Assembly (NCBI GenBank): GCA_963709345.1
Contig: CAVPVX010000007.1
Coordinates: forward strand, 480,001-544,000
Length of the DNA stretch: 64,000 nucleotides
Origin: an uncultured Actinomycetes bacterium
GTDB lineage: Bacteria > Actinomycetota > Thermoleophilia > UBA2241
Reading direction: 5' to 3'
Of this stretch, positions 11,384 to 20,483 are shown in pieces. The number at the start of each line of letters is the position of its first letter. Positions within the stretch are counted from its first letter, which is position 1. Made by a program: the position numbers and the translations under genes. Below the pieces are notes generated by a model, which was not told where the DNA came from, did no database searches, and saw nothing but the letters and a program-made list of their open reading frames with translations.

Positions 11384-12989
11384 CGGCAGGCGGCTCGACC
11401 GCGAGGCCGTGATGGGCCTGGATCCCCTCGGCTACCTTCCGGTCGCCGCCTACGTGGAAGAGGTGGACACCGCCGGCACCGTGCTTGTCACGTACATCAG
11501 CCCACGATACGAGGAGATCACCGGCATCCCGGCCAGTCGTCTCACGGAGGATGTGAGATGGTGGGACGATCGGGTCCACCCTCATGACCGGCCCGCGTAC
11601 CTGGCATCGTATGAACGACTCGCACACGAACTGATCGAACAGGACGTCGAGTACCGATTCCGGCGCCCCGACGGCACGACGATCTGGCTGCACGACCGCG
11701 CCTCCGCCGTGCGCGATGAGGAGCGCGGCGTCACCGTGATCAGCGGGATACTCACGAACGTCACGCGCCGTCGCGAGGCGGAAGAAGAGGCGGCCCGTGT
11801 CGGGGCGGAACTCCAGGCGACGGTCGAATCCCGGACCGCTCAGCTACGGCAGAGCCTGGCGGAACTCGAAGTCGCGCGCGCCAATCTGGCGGCGGCCCAG
11901 GCCCTCTCGCACGTCGGCAGCTACGAGCTCGAGCCGGCGACCGGGCGGACGTGGACCTCCGCCGAGATGCGCCGCATCTGGGGCGTGCCCGCGGAAGCGG
12001 AGTTCAGCATCGACGAGCTGCTCCCGGCGATCCACCCCGACGACCGCGGCGCCATCGATGAGGCTTTCGCTGTCGCGCTCCACGGCACGCTGCCGGAGTC
12101 CGCCACGTTCCGGATCATCCGCGACGACGGAGAGACGCGCGTGATCGAGACTCGCGCGCAGGCCGAGCGTGATGACGCGGGAAACGTGACACTCATGCGT
12201 GGCTCGGCTCAGGACATCACCGAGCGGCGGCGGGCCGAAGACGAGATCCGCCGCCTGAACGCGGAGCTCGCCGAGCGCATCGAGCTGAGCACGGCGCAGC
12301 GAGACGCGGCGACCCACGAGCTCGAGGCGTTCGCCTACTCGGTCGCGCACGACGTGCGCGCCCCGCTGCGCACCATCGACGGATTCAGCACCATGGTGAT
12401 CGAGGATGCCGCGGAGCGGCTGACGCCCGACGACCTCGCACACCTGGACCGGGTGTGCGCCGCAGCCCGGCGCATGGACGACCTCCTCGTCGATCTGCTG
12501 GGGTTGTCGCGCGTCTCGCGGCGCGATATGACCCGCGGCCCGTGCGACCTCAGCGCACTGGCAGAGGAAGTCGGTGACGAACTGCGCGCGGAGCAGCCGG
12601 ACCGGGCGGTGACGCTGTCGGTGGAGCCCGGCCTGGTCGCGGACGCCGACGCCGCGCTGCTGCGGGTGATCGTTCGCGACCTGCTCGAGAACGCCTGGAA
12701 GTTCACGGTCCACCGCCCGGAGGCTCATGTGGAGGTCGGCGCGGTGGAGGCCGGGGACGAGTCGGCCTTCTACGTGCGCGACGACGGCGTCGGTTTCGAC
12801 ATGCGCTGCGCCGAGCACCTGTTCGGCGCCTTCCAGCGCATGCATCCGCCCGAGCAGTTCGAGGGCACGGGCATCGGCCTCGCCACCGTGCAGCGTCTCG
12901 TGCGCCGCCACGGCGGCCGTGTGTGGGCCGAGGCCCAGCCGGACATGGGTGCCACCATCTTCTTCACGCTCCCCGCAGCGGCACGGTGA
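11376..12989 (+). CDS. Two-PAS sensor histidine kinase
   Basis: ATG overlapping the previous gene end; two PAS_3-like repeats (VHPHDR, IHPDDR); H-box YSVAHDVRAPL, LLENAWKF, GTGIGLA. Confidence 0.9.
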   Translation: MADGRRLDREAVMGLDPLGYLPVAAYVEEVDTAGTVLVTYISPRYEEITGIPASRLTEDVRWWDDRVHPHDRPAYLASYERLAHELIEQDVEYRFRRPDGTTIWLHDRASAVRDEERGVTVISGILTNVTRRREAEEEAARVGAELQATVESRTAQLRQSLAELEVARANLAAAQALSHVGSYELEPATGRTWTSAEMRRIWGVPAEAEFSIDELLPAIHPDDRGAIDEAFAVALHGTLPESATFRIIRDDGETRVIETRAQAERDDAGNVTLMRGSAQDITERRRAEDEIRRLNAELAERIELSTAQRDAATHELEAFAYSVAHDVRAPLRTIDGFSTMVIEDAAERLTPDDLAHLDRVCAAARRMDDLLVDLLGLSRVSRRDMTRGPCDLSALAEEVGDELRAEQPDRAVTLSVEPGLVADADAALLRVIVRDLLENAWKFTVHRPEAHVEVGAVEAGDESAFYVRDDGVGFDMRCAEHLFGAFQRMHPPEQFEGTGIGLATVQRLVRRHGGRVWAEAQPDMGATIFFTLPAAAR

Positions 12990-12990
12990 G

Positions 12991-13015
12991 GGCGGCGGGC
13001 GGGACGCCCGCCGCC
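12991..13015 (+). terminator. GC-rich hairpin after the kinase cluster
   Basis: GGCGGCGGGCG-gga-CGCCCGCCGCC, perfect 11-bp stem immediately after the stop codon; no U-tract. Confidence 0.5.
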
Positions 13016-13057
13016 ACGCACCCCTTGACGAAACCCCGCGCACGCGTCCTGCCCGTG

Positions 13058-13087
13058 TGGACGAGTGCACAAGCGGGTCGCTATAAT
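13058..13087 (+). promoter_or_regulatory. Putative sigma70 promoter of the hdr-met operon
   Basis: TGGACG, 18-nt spacer, consensus TATAAT (13082-13087); AAAGGAG RBS before ATG 13165. Confidence 0.6.
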
Positions 13088-13164
13088 CGAACTACCCAAG
13101 TGGGCCGTTGAGTCTGTGGTCACCCACTGTCGTTGGGCCTGCCGCGTATCGCAAAGGAGTGCGT

Positions 13165-16100
13165 ATGTCGGGTACACCACCCAAGTCCACCGGTGCTGCG
13201 CTGGTCGTCGGCGGCGGCATCGCGGGAATCCAGTGTTCCCTCGATCTGGCCGAGGGGGGGTACAAAGTCCATCTCGTCGAGAAGGCGCCGGCCCTCGGAG
13301 GCCACATGGCGCAGCTCGACAAGACCTTCCCTACCAACGACTGTTCGATGTGTACGCTGTCGCCCAAGCTGGTCGAGGCCGGCCGACACCTCAACATCGA
13401 TGTCATCACCAACTCGGAGCTCATCGGCCTCGAGGGCGAGCCCGGTCACTTCCAGGCCAAGGTCTACCACCACGCCCGCTTCGTCGACCCGGACGTCTGT
13501 ACGAGCTGCGGTGAGTGCGTGCCCGTGTGCCCCATCACCGTCGCCGATCGGTACAACGAAGACCTCGGCGAACGCAAGGCCATCTACAAGCTCTACCCGC
13601 AGGCCATCCCCAGCACCTATGTGGTCGACAAGAAGGGCTACGCCCCCTGCAAGAGCAACTGTCCGGTCGAGACCTCCGCGCAGGGCTACATCGCCCTCAT
13701 CGCCGAAGGCCGCTTCGAGGCCGCATACACCGTTGCGGCCGAGCCCAACCCCTTCCCGTCGGTCTGCGGCCGCGTCTGCGCACACCCGTGCGAGACGGCG
13801 TGCACGCGCGGCTCAGTCGACGAGGCCATCTCCATCGCCAGTCTCAAGCGCTACGCCTGCGATCATGGCGCTCCTGCCGACCTGCCCGAGAAGCTGCCCG
13901 TCACTTTCGACGAGAAGGTCGCCATCATCGGCGGCGGCCCGGCCGGTCTGAGCTGCGCCCGCGACCTGGCCCAGTACGGCTACGCCACGACCGTCTTCGA
14001 GGCGCTGCCCGTGGCCGGCGGCATGTTGCGCGTCGGCATCCCCGACCACCGCATGCCGCCAGACGTCCTGCAGCGCGAGATCGACCAGATCTGCGCCCTG
14101 GGCGTCGACCTGCGACTCAACCAGCGCTGCGGCGTCGACTTCACCGTCGACGGTCTGATGGCCGACGGGTACAAGGCCGTCTTCCTGGCCGCCGGCCTGC
14201 ACGCCAGCGCGCCGGCGCCCGCCAAGGGCGACGACCTCGACGGCTGCCTGACGGCGGTCGAGTTCCTGCGCGAGCTCAACCTCGGCCGGCCGATGCCGGT
14301 CGGTGACCGTGTGGTGGTCATCGGTGGCGGCGACGTCGCCTTCGACACCGCTCGCGGGGCCTCGAGGCTCACCTCCACCGGCGGCAACGCCCCGGAGGTC
14401 ACCATCGCCTATCGTCGCACCAGCGAAGAGATGCCGGCCTCGCGCGAGGAGATCGAAGAGGGCCTGGACGAGCAGGTCAAGATCGAGTACCTCGTCGCGC
14501 CGGTCGAGATCATCGGCAGCGGCGGCAAGGTCAGCGCGATCAAGCTTCAGCACATGCGGCTCGGCGAACCCGACGAGCAAGGCCGCCGGCGTCCCGAGCC
14601 CATCGACGGCGACTTCGTCGAGATCCCGTGTGAGACGGTCATCTTCGCCATCGGTCAGGCGATCGTCGAGGACTTCGCCAAGGGTCTCGACGACGTCGAG
14701 ATCGAGTGGAACACGGTCAAGACCGACCCCGATTCGCTGGCCACCGCGCATCCCGGCGTCTTCGCCGGCGGCGACGTCGCCCCCACCGGGCCGCTGACCG
14801 CCATCGAGGCGATCGCCGCCGGCCGCAAGGGCGCCGCCAGCATCCACAACCACCTGCGCGGCGAGCAGCTCGTCTCGCTGTGGTCAGACTCGCTCGAAGA
14901 GGCCCGGCCGGACGATGCCGACCTCGCCAAGATCACGCCCGAGCCGCGCGTCGCGATGCCCGAATGGCCGGGCTCGGAGCGCCGGCGGAACTGGACCGAG
15001 GTGCGCAAGGGCTTCACCGAAGAACAGGCGATCGCCGAGGCGAAGCGCTGCCTTCAGTGCGCCGTCTGCTCCGAGTGCATGGAGTGTGTGCGCGCCTGCG
15101 GGCCCGGCGCACTGCTGCACGGCGAGCGCGACAAGGAGATCGCCCTCGACGTCGGCGCCGTCGTCATGGCGACCGGCTTCGACCTCTACGATCCCGGTGC
15201 CAAGAGCGAGTATGGCTACCAGCGATACCCCAACATCCTCTCGGCGCTCGAGTACGAGCGCATGCTGAGCGCCTCCGGCCCGACCATCGGCGACGTCCAG
15301 CGTCCGTCGGATGGAGTGCACCCGAAGAAGATCGCCTTCATCCAGTGCGTCGGCTCGCGCGACCAGGACCACGAGTACTGTTCGAGCGTGTGCTGCATGT
15401 ACGCCAACAAGCAGGCGATGCTCACGGTCGATCACGAGCCCGACTGCGAGCCCACCATCTTCCTCATGGACATGCGCGCCCAGGGCAAGGGCTTCGACGC
15501 CTTCTACCAGCGCGCCCAGGACAAGGGCGTGCAGTTCATCCGCTCGCGGCCCAGCTACATCAAGGAGGACCCGCGCTCGAACGACCTCCTCATCAGCTGG
15601 GAGGACGAGGGCGGCAAGCTGCACGAGACCCGCTACGACATGGTGGTGCTCTCTGCCGGCCTGGAGCCTGCGCGCAAGGCGCAGGAGGCGGCCGGCCACC
15701 TCGGCGTCGCCCTCAATCGCCACGGCTTCTGCCGGCTGCACGAGTTCAACCCGCTCGAGACCAGCCGCAAGGGCGTCTTCGTGGCCGGCCCGTTCGGCGA
15801 GCCCAAGGACATCCCCGACAGCGTCGCTCAGGCCTCGGCCGCCGCGGCCCAGGTGATGACTGGTCTCGCCGACTCCCGTGGCACGCTCACCGTGGACAAG
15901 GAGTACCCGACCGAGAGAGATGTGGTCGGCGAGGAGCCACGCGTCGGCGTGTTCGTCTGCCACTGCGGCAACAACATCGCCGGCGTGATCGGCGTGGAGA
16001 GCGTCGCCGAATACGCCCAGCAGCTCCCGGGCGTCGCCTTCGCCACCGACACCATGTACTCGTGCTCCAGCGACAGCCTCAGTCTCATCCGCGAGGCGAT

Positions 16101-17610
16101 CGAAGAACACGACCTCAACCGCGTCGTGGTCGCCAGCTGCACGCCGCGCACCCATGAGCCCATCTTCCAGGACACGTTGCGTGATGCGGGGCTCAACCCG
16201 TTCCTCTTCGAGATGGCCAACATCCGGGACCAGGCGAGCTGGGTCCACGCGGACGAGCCGGCGAAGGCCACGCAGAAGGCCAAAGAGCTGGTGCAGATGA
16301 GCGTCGCCCGGGCACGCATGCTCGAGCCGCTCTACAAGGTCGATGTGCCGCTCACTCACGCCGCCCTCGTGCTCGGCGGCGGCGTGGCCGGCATGACCAG
16401 CGCCCTCGCCCTGGGCGAGATGGGCCACGAGGTACACCTCGTGGAGCGCTCGCCCAAGCTTGGCGGGCACGTGCTCGAGCTTCGCGAGACCATCAAGGGC
16501 AACGACCCCACCAAGTACGTCGAGGACCTCGAACAGCGCCTCGTCGACAACCCCAACGTCAAGATACACCTCGAGGCCGAGCTCGCCGACTTCCACGGCT
16601 TCATCGGCAACTTCTCGAGCATCGTCACCGAGAAGGACGGCAAGCGCATCCCCGTCGACCACGGCGTCGTGATCGTCGCCACGGGCTCGCACGAGGAACG
16701 CCCCGACCTCTACGGCCTGGGCGAGAGCCAGAAGGTCGTCACCGGTATGGACCTCGAGCGGATGCTCAAGGATGACGACCCGGCCCTCGCCGACATCGGG
16801 TCGGTCGGATTCATTCTCTGCGCCGGCTCGCTCGACGAGAGCCATCCGTACTGCTCGCGCACCTGCTGCCAGCAGAGCATCAAGAACGCGATCGCGCTCA
16901 AGGAACAAGACCCCAGCCGGCCCGTCTACGTGTGGTTCAAGGAGATCCGCACCTACGGCCTGCTCGAGGAGTACTACACGAAGGCGCGTGAGCTCGGTGT
17001 CATCTTCACGCGCTACGACAACGACAGCCTGCCGCAGGTCAGCGCCAACGGCAGCCTCAGCGTCTCGGCCCGCGACCCGTACCTGCGCCGCGACGTCGAG
17101 CTGCCGCTCGACCTTCTGGTGCTCGCCACCCCGGCGGTCGCCGCCGACGGCAGCCTCGAGCTGAGCAAGATGATCAAGGTGCCGCTGCAGAGCGACGGCT
17201 TCTTCCTCGAGGCGCACGTCAAGCTGCGCCCCGTGGACTTCTCCAGCGAAGGCATCTTCCTCTGTGGCTCGGCGCACTACCCCAAGAGCATCGAGGAGAC
17301 GATCTCGCAGGCCTACGCCGCCGCGGGTCGCGCCGCGGGCGTCCTCGCCAAGCCGGCGCTCAAGGCCGGCGGCGTCGTCGCCGAGGTCGACCAGGACAAG
17401 TGCGCCGCCTGTCTCACCTGCATCCGCATCTGCCCCTACGAGGTCCCGGTCATCGACGTCGAGGCCAAGAAGGCCAAGATCGAGGCGGCCGCCTGCCAGG
17501 GCTGCGGCGTGTGCGTCAGTGAGTGCCCTGTGAAAGCGATCACCCTGCACCACTACACCGACGCGCAGATCTTCGCCAAAGAAGAGGCGCTCTTCATGGA
17601 GGTGAGCTGA
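13165..17610 (+). CDS. hdrA: Large heterodisulfide reductase subunit A (HdrA/HdrL type) with inserted GltD-like NAD(P)H-binding module and a second HdrA module
   Basis: LVVGGGIAG, LDKTFPTNDCSMC, several CxxCxxCxxxC motifs, insert with CGRVCAHPCETAC, IIGGGPAG, GGGDVAFD, YRRT; IQCVGSRD..YCSSVCC; second VFVCHCG, GGGVAG, YCSRTCC, FFLEAHVKLRP. Confidence 0.93.
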   Translation: MSGTPPKSTGAALVVGGGIAGIQCSLDLAEGGYKVHLVEKAPALGGHMAQLDKTFPTNDCSMCTLSPKLVEAGRHLNIDVITNSELIGLEGEPGHFQAKVYHHARFVDPDVCTSCGECVPVCPITVADRYNEDLGERKAIYKLYPQAIPSTYVVDKKGYAPCKSNCPVETSAQGYIALIAEGRFEAAYTVAAEPNPFPSVCGRVCAHPCETACTRGSVDEAISIASLKRYACDHGAPADLPEKLPVTFDEKVAIIGGGPAGLSCARDLAQYGYATTVFEALPVAGGMLRVGIPDHRMPPDVLQREIDQICALGVDLRLNQRCGVDFTVDGLMADGYKAVFLAAGLHASAPAPAKGDDLDGCLTAVEFLRELNLGRPMPVGDRVVVIGGGDVAFDTARGASRLTSTGGNAPEVTIAYRRTSEEMPASREEIEEGLDEQVKIEYLVAPVEIIGSGGKVSAIKLQHMRLGEPDEQGRRRPEPIDGDFVEIPCETVIFAIGQAIVEDFAKGLDDVEIEWNTVKTDPDSLATAHPGVFAGGDVAPTGPLTAIEAIAAGRKGAASIHNHLRGEQLVSLWSDSLEEARPDDADLAKITPEPRVAMPEWPGSERRRNWTEVRKGFTEEQAIAEAKRCLQCAVCSECMECVRACGPGALLHGERDKEIALDVGAVVMATGFDLYDPGAKSEYGYQRYPNILSALEYERMLSASGPTIGDVQRPSDGVHPKKIAFIQCVGSRDQDHEYCSSVCCMYANKQAMLTVDHEPDCEPTIFLMDMRAQGKGFDAFYQRAQDKGVQFIRSRPSYIKEDPRSNDLLISWEDEGGKLHETRYDMVVLSAGLEPARKAQEAAGHLGVALNRHGFCRLHEFNPLETSRKGVFVAGPFGEPKDIPDSVAQASAAAAQVMTGLADSRGTLTVDKEYPTERDVVGEEPRVGVFVCHCGNNIAGVIGVESVAEYAQQLPGVAFATDTMYSCSSDSLSLIREAIEEHDLNRVVVASCTPRTHEPIFQDTLRDAGLNPFLFEMANIRDQASWVHADEPAKATQKAKELVQMSVARARMLEPLYKVDVPLTHAALVLGGGVAGMTSALALGEMGHEVHLVERSPKLGGHVLELRETIKGNDPTKYVEDLEQRLVDNPNVKIHLEAELADFHGFIGNFSSIVTEKDGKRIPVDHGVVIVATGSHEERPDLYGLGESQKVVTGMDLERMLKDDDPALADIGSVGFILCAGSLDESHPYCSRTCCQQSIKNAIALKEQDPSRPVYVWFKEIRTYGLLEEYYTKARELGVIFTRYDNDSLPQVSANGSLSVSARDPYLRRDVELPLDLLVLATPAVAADGSLELSKMIKVPLQSDGFFLEAHVKLRPVDFSSEGIFLCGSAHYPKSIEETISQAYAAAGRAAGVLAKPALKAGGVVAEVDQDKCAACLTCIRICPYEVPVIDVEAKKAKIEAAACQGCGVCVSECPVKAITLHHYTDAQIFAKEEALFMEVS

Positions 17611-17611
17611 C

Positions 17612-18217
17612 ATGGCCGACGCCGACGTGAAGGCGGCCGTGGCCGAGGGCGGCGCAGCCGCTCCCGAGGCCGCGGACGAGACCCCGGCGAAGCCGGTCGA
17701 CCCGGATTTCGAGCCCGAGATCATCGTGTTCGCGTGTCACTACTGCGCCTATGCCGCCGCCGACCTGGCGGGCAGCATGCGCCTGCAGTACCCGAGCAAC
17801 ATCCGCATGATCAAGCTGCCGTGCACCGGCAAGCTCGAGATCATCCACCTGCTCAAGGCGATCGAGGCCGGCGCCGACGGCGTGTACGCCGCCGGCTGCC
17901 TCGAGGGCGAGTGCCACTACCTCAAGGGCAACCTCTGGGCGCGCAAGCGCGTGGAGCACGTCAAAGGACTGCTCGAAGAGCTGGGCATCGATCCCGCACG
18001 CATCGAGATGTACAACATGTCGTCGGCCGAGGGCGCCAAGTTCGCGGCCGCGGCCACCGAGTTCACCGCGCGCATCAAGGCGCTCGGCCCCAGCCCGATA
18101 AGACGCGACGGCGTGAACGCGCATGCCGCCGCCCGAGAAGCGCTCGGCGGCACGGCCATGCCCGATGACCCCACCCCGTCCGGCGCGGCAACTGCCCAGG
18201 AAGGACACGCAGAATGA
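17612..18217 (+). CDS. mvhD: MvhD-type [2Fe-2S] subunit
   Basis: FACHYCAYAAADLAG, IKLPCTGK, GADGVYAAGCLEGECHY. Confidence 0.93.
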   Translation: MADADVKAAVAEGGAAAPEAADETPAKPVDPDFEPEIIVFACHYCAYAAADLAGSMRLQYPSNIRMIKLPCTGKLEIIHLLKAIEAGADGVYAAGCLEGECHYLKGNLWARKRVEHVKGLLEELGIDPARIEMYNMSSAEGAKFAAAATEFTARIKALGPSPIRRDGVNAHAAAREALGGTAMPDDPTPSGAATAQEGHAE

Positions 18218-18897
18218 TCACCGCCGAACGCAAACCCCTCGACGAGATCATCGAGCTCGTCGGCGACAAGAAGAAGATCCTCGTGGCCGGCTGCGACACC
18301 TGTGTCGCGATCTGCCTCACCGGCGGTGAGAAAGAAGCCGAGATCCTGGCCAGTGAGCTGCGCATCAAGGCGCAGGCGGAAGGCCGCGACGTGGAGATCG
18401 AGCACACGGCCGCGATCCGCCAGTGTGAGTGGGAGTACCTCGACCTGATCGCCGAGAAGGTGGAGCAGGCCGACGTGGTGCTCAGCATGGCCTGCGGCAT
18501 CGGCATCCAGAGCATGGCCGAGAAGTTCGAGCCCAGGCTTGTCGTGCCGGCCGTCAACACCAACATGCTCGGCATGCCGCAGGAGCACGCCGTGTGGCTC
18601 GAGCGGTGCGTCGCCTGCGGCGAATGCCGCATCGGTCTCACCGGCGGCATCTGCCCCGTGGTGCGCTGCAGCAAGAGCCTCATGAACGGCCCGTGCGGCG
18701 GCTCGCACGACGGCCTCTGCGAAGTCACCGGGCCGAACAAGGAAGAGATCGAGTGCGCCTGGGCCCTCATCTGGGAGCGTCTCAAGGCCCAGGGCCGCGA
18801 AGAGTTGATGTTCATGGAACGGCCGCCGAAGGACTGGAGCAAGAGCAGCTCCGGCGGCCCGCGGAAGATGGTGCGCGAGGAGGCGAAGCCGGTATGA
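18214..18897 (+). CDS. metV: MetV, Fe-S/Zn partner subunit of methylene-THF reductase
   Basis: GCDTCVAIC, RQCE, ACGIG, CVACGEC, CPVVRCSKSLMNGPCGG, CAW; translationally coupled to mvhD and metF. Confidence 0.9.
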   Translation: MITAERKPLDEIIELVGDKKKILVAGCDTCVAICLTGGEKEAEILASELRIKAQAEGRDVEIEHTAAIRQCEWEYLDLIAEKVEQADVVLSMACGIGIQSMAEKFEPRLVVPAVNTNMLGMPQEHAVWLERCVACGECRIGLTGGICPVVRCSKSLMNGPCGGSHDGLCEVTGPNKEEIECAWALIWERLKAQGREELMFMERPPKDWSKSSSGGPRKMVREEAKPV

Positions 18898-19838
18898 CCG
18901 CGACTGAGTACAAAGCCGGCAGCAACCTCGAGAAGATCCTCAGCGAGGGCAAGTTCGCGGTGACCGGCGAGTGCGGCCCGCCCAAGGGCGCCGACGTCAC
19001 CGTCATCGAAGAGAAGGCCAGGATCCTCAAAGGCTACGTCGACGCCGTCAACATCACCGACAACCAGACCGCCGTGGTCCGCGTCTGCTCCATGGCGTCG
19101 GGCTTCACCGCCCAGCAGAACGGCGTCGAGGCGATCATGCAGATGACCTGCCGCGACCGGAACCGCCTCGCGATGCAGGCGGATATCCTCGGCGCCTCCA
19201 CGCTGGGCCTCAAGAACATCCTCTGCCTCACCGGCGACCACCTGAGCTTCGGCAACCACCCTGAGGCCAAGGGCGTGCACGACCTCGACGCCATCAACCT
19301 GATCAAGATGTACAAGGACATGCGTGACGAGAACAAGTTCCAGTGCGGCGAGGAGATGACGGTGGCGCCGCCACTGTTCATCGGCTGTGCTGAGAACCCG
19401 TTCGCCGACCCGTTCGAGCTTCGCGCCCTGCGCCTCAAGAAGAAGATCGAGGCCGGAGCGGACTTCATCCAGACCCAGTGCATCTTCAACGTGCCCAAGT
19501 TCAAGCAGTGGATGGAAGAGGTGCGGGCGATGGGCCTGCACAAGGAGATCAAGATCCTCGCCGGCATCACGCCGCTCAAGGGCGTGGGCGGCGCGCGCTA
19601 CATGCAGAAGTTCGTGCCCGGCATCGATGTGCCGCAGGACATCGTCGACCGCATGGCCGCGGTCGAGAAGGGACCCGCGTCGCACGCCGAGGGCAAGAAG
19701 ATCGCCGTCGAGATGATCAAGGAGTTCACCGAGATCGAGGGCGTCGCCGGCGTGCACATCATGGCCATCGAGTGGGAGATCGCCGTGCCCGAGATCGTCG
19801 AGGCCGCCGGCCTGATGCCACGGCCGGCCGTGGCCTAG
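18894..19838 (+). CDS. metF: Methylenetetrahydrofolate reductase MetF
   Basis: VTGECGPPKG, NITDNQTA, QMTCRDRNRLAMQ, LCLTGDH, GADFIQTQ, GVHIMA. Confidence 0.93.
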   Translation: MTATEYKAGSNLEKILSEGKFAVTGECGPPKGADVTVIEEKARILKGYVDAVNITDNQTAVVRVCSMASGFTAQQNGVEAIMQMTCRDRNRLAMQADILGASTLGLKNILCLTGDHLSFGNHPEAKGVHDLDAINLIKMYKDMRDENKFQCGEEMTVAPPLFIGCAENPFADPFELRALRLKKKIEAGADFIQTQCIFNVPKFKQWMEEVRAMGLHKEIKILAGITPLKGVGGARYMQKFVPGIDVPQDIVDRMAAVEKGPASHAEGKKIAVEMIKEFTEIEGVAGVHIMAIEWEIAVPEIVEAAGLMPRPAVA

Positions 19839-19847
19839 GAGGCTCGC

Positions 19848-20483
19848 ATGACGACCTGCACCGTGAGCCCGCTCCTGGCCGAGAACGTCGGCACAGGCTG
19901 CGGGGAGAACGCCTACAAGTGCTATCAGTGCAAGAAGTGCACGTCCGGCTGCCCCGTGGCGAGGTACTCCGATATGCATCCGGCGATGATCATGCGTGCC
20001 GTGCAGCTCGGCCAGCTCGATCTGGTCTTCAACGACCGGTTCATCTGGCTGTGTACCGGCTGCGAGACGTGTACGACGCGGTGCCCGCAAGGCATCGACA
20101 TCGCCGCGATCATCGACGAGCTCAAGATCATCGCCCGCCGCGAAGGCCGCATCCCGGCGAACACGCCTTCCGCGGACATGCTCAAGCTCAACTACGACTC
20201 GTTCGTGCGCTGGGGCCGCATGTGGGAGGTCGAGCTGCTCACGCGCGACATCCTCAAGCGGCCGGCAAGCGTCAAGTCGTGGCTGTCGCTCGGACCCAAG
20301 ATGATGCTCAAGGGCAAGATCAACCCGACGCTCAAGAAGGGTGACACCGCCGCCATGAAGCGCATGGTCGAGGCCGCCGAGAGCATCACCAAGGCCAAGA
20401 TGGAGCAGCAGGCCGAGGGAGCCGTGAGCGCCACCGCCGCCTCAGCCGACGCCGGACCCGCCGACACCGGAGGTGAGTCGTGA
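19848..20483 (+). CDS. hdrC: Heterodisulfide reductase subunit C-like 2x[4Fe-4S] protein
   Basis: CYQCKKCTSGCP and WLCTGCETCTTRCP; GGAGG RBS. Confidence 0.9.
   Translation: MTTCTVSPLLAENVGTGCGENAYKCYQCKKCTSGCPVARYSDMHPAMIMRAVQLGQLDLVFNDRFIWLCTGCETCTTRCPQGIDIAAIIDELKIIARREGRIPANTPSADMLKLNYDSFVRWGRMWEVELLTRDILKRPASVKSWLSLGPKMMLKGKINPTLKKGDTAAMKRMVEAAESITKAKMEQQAEGAVSATAASADAGPADTGGES

Noticed and set aside
14884-17724. 946-aa antisense ORF over hdrA and many other long overlapping ORFs (e.g. 24615-26741, 37672-40158, 61487-63808)
   Set aside because: Shadow frames expected in high-GC DNA; no recognisable motifs, and the opposite strand carries clear conserved genes
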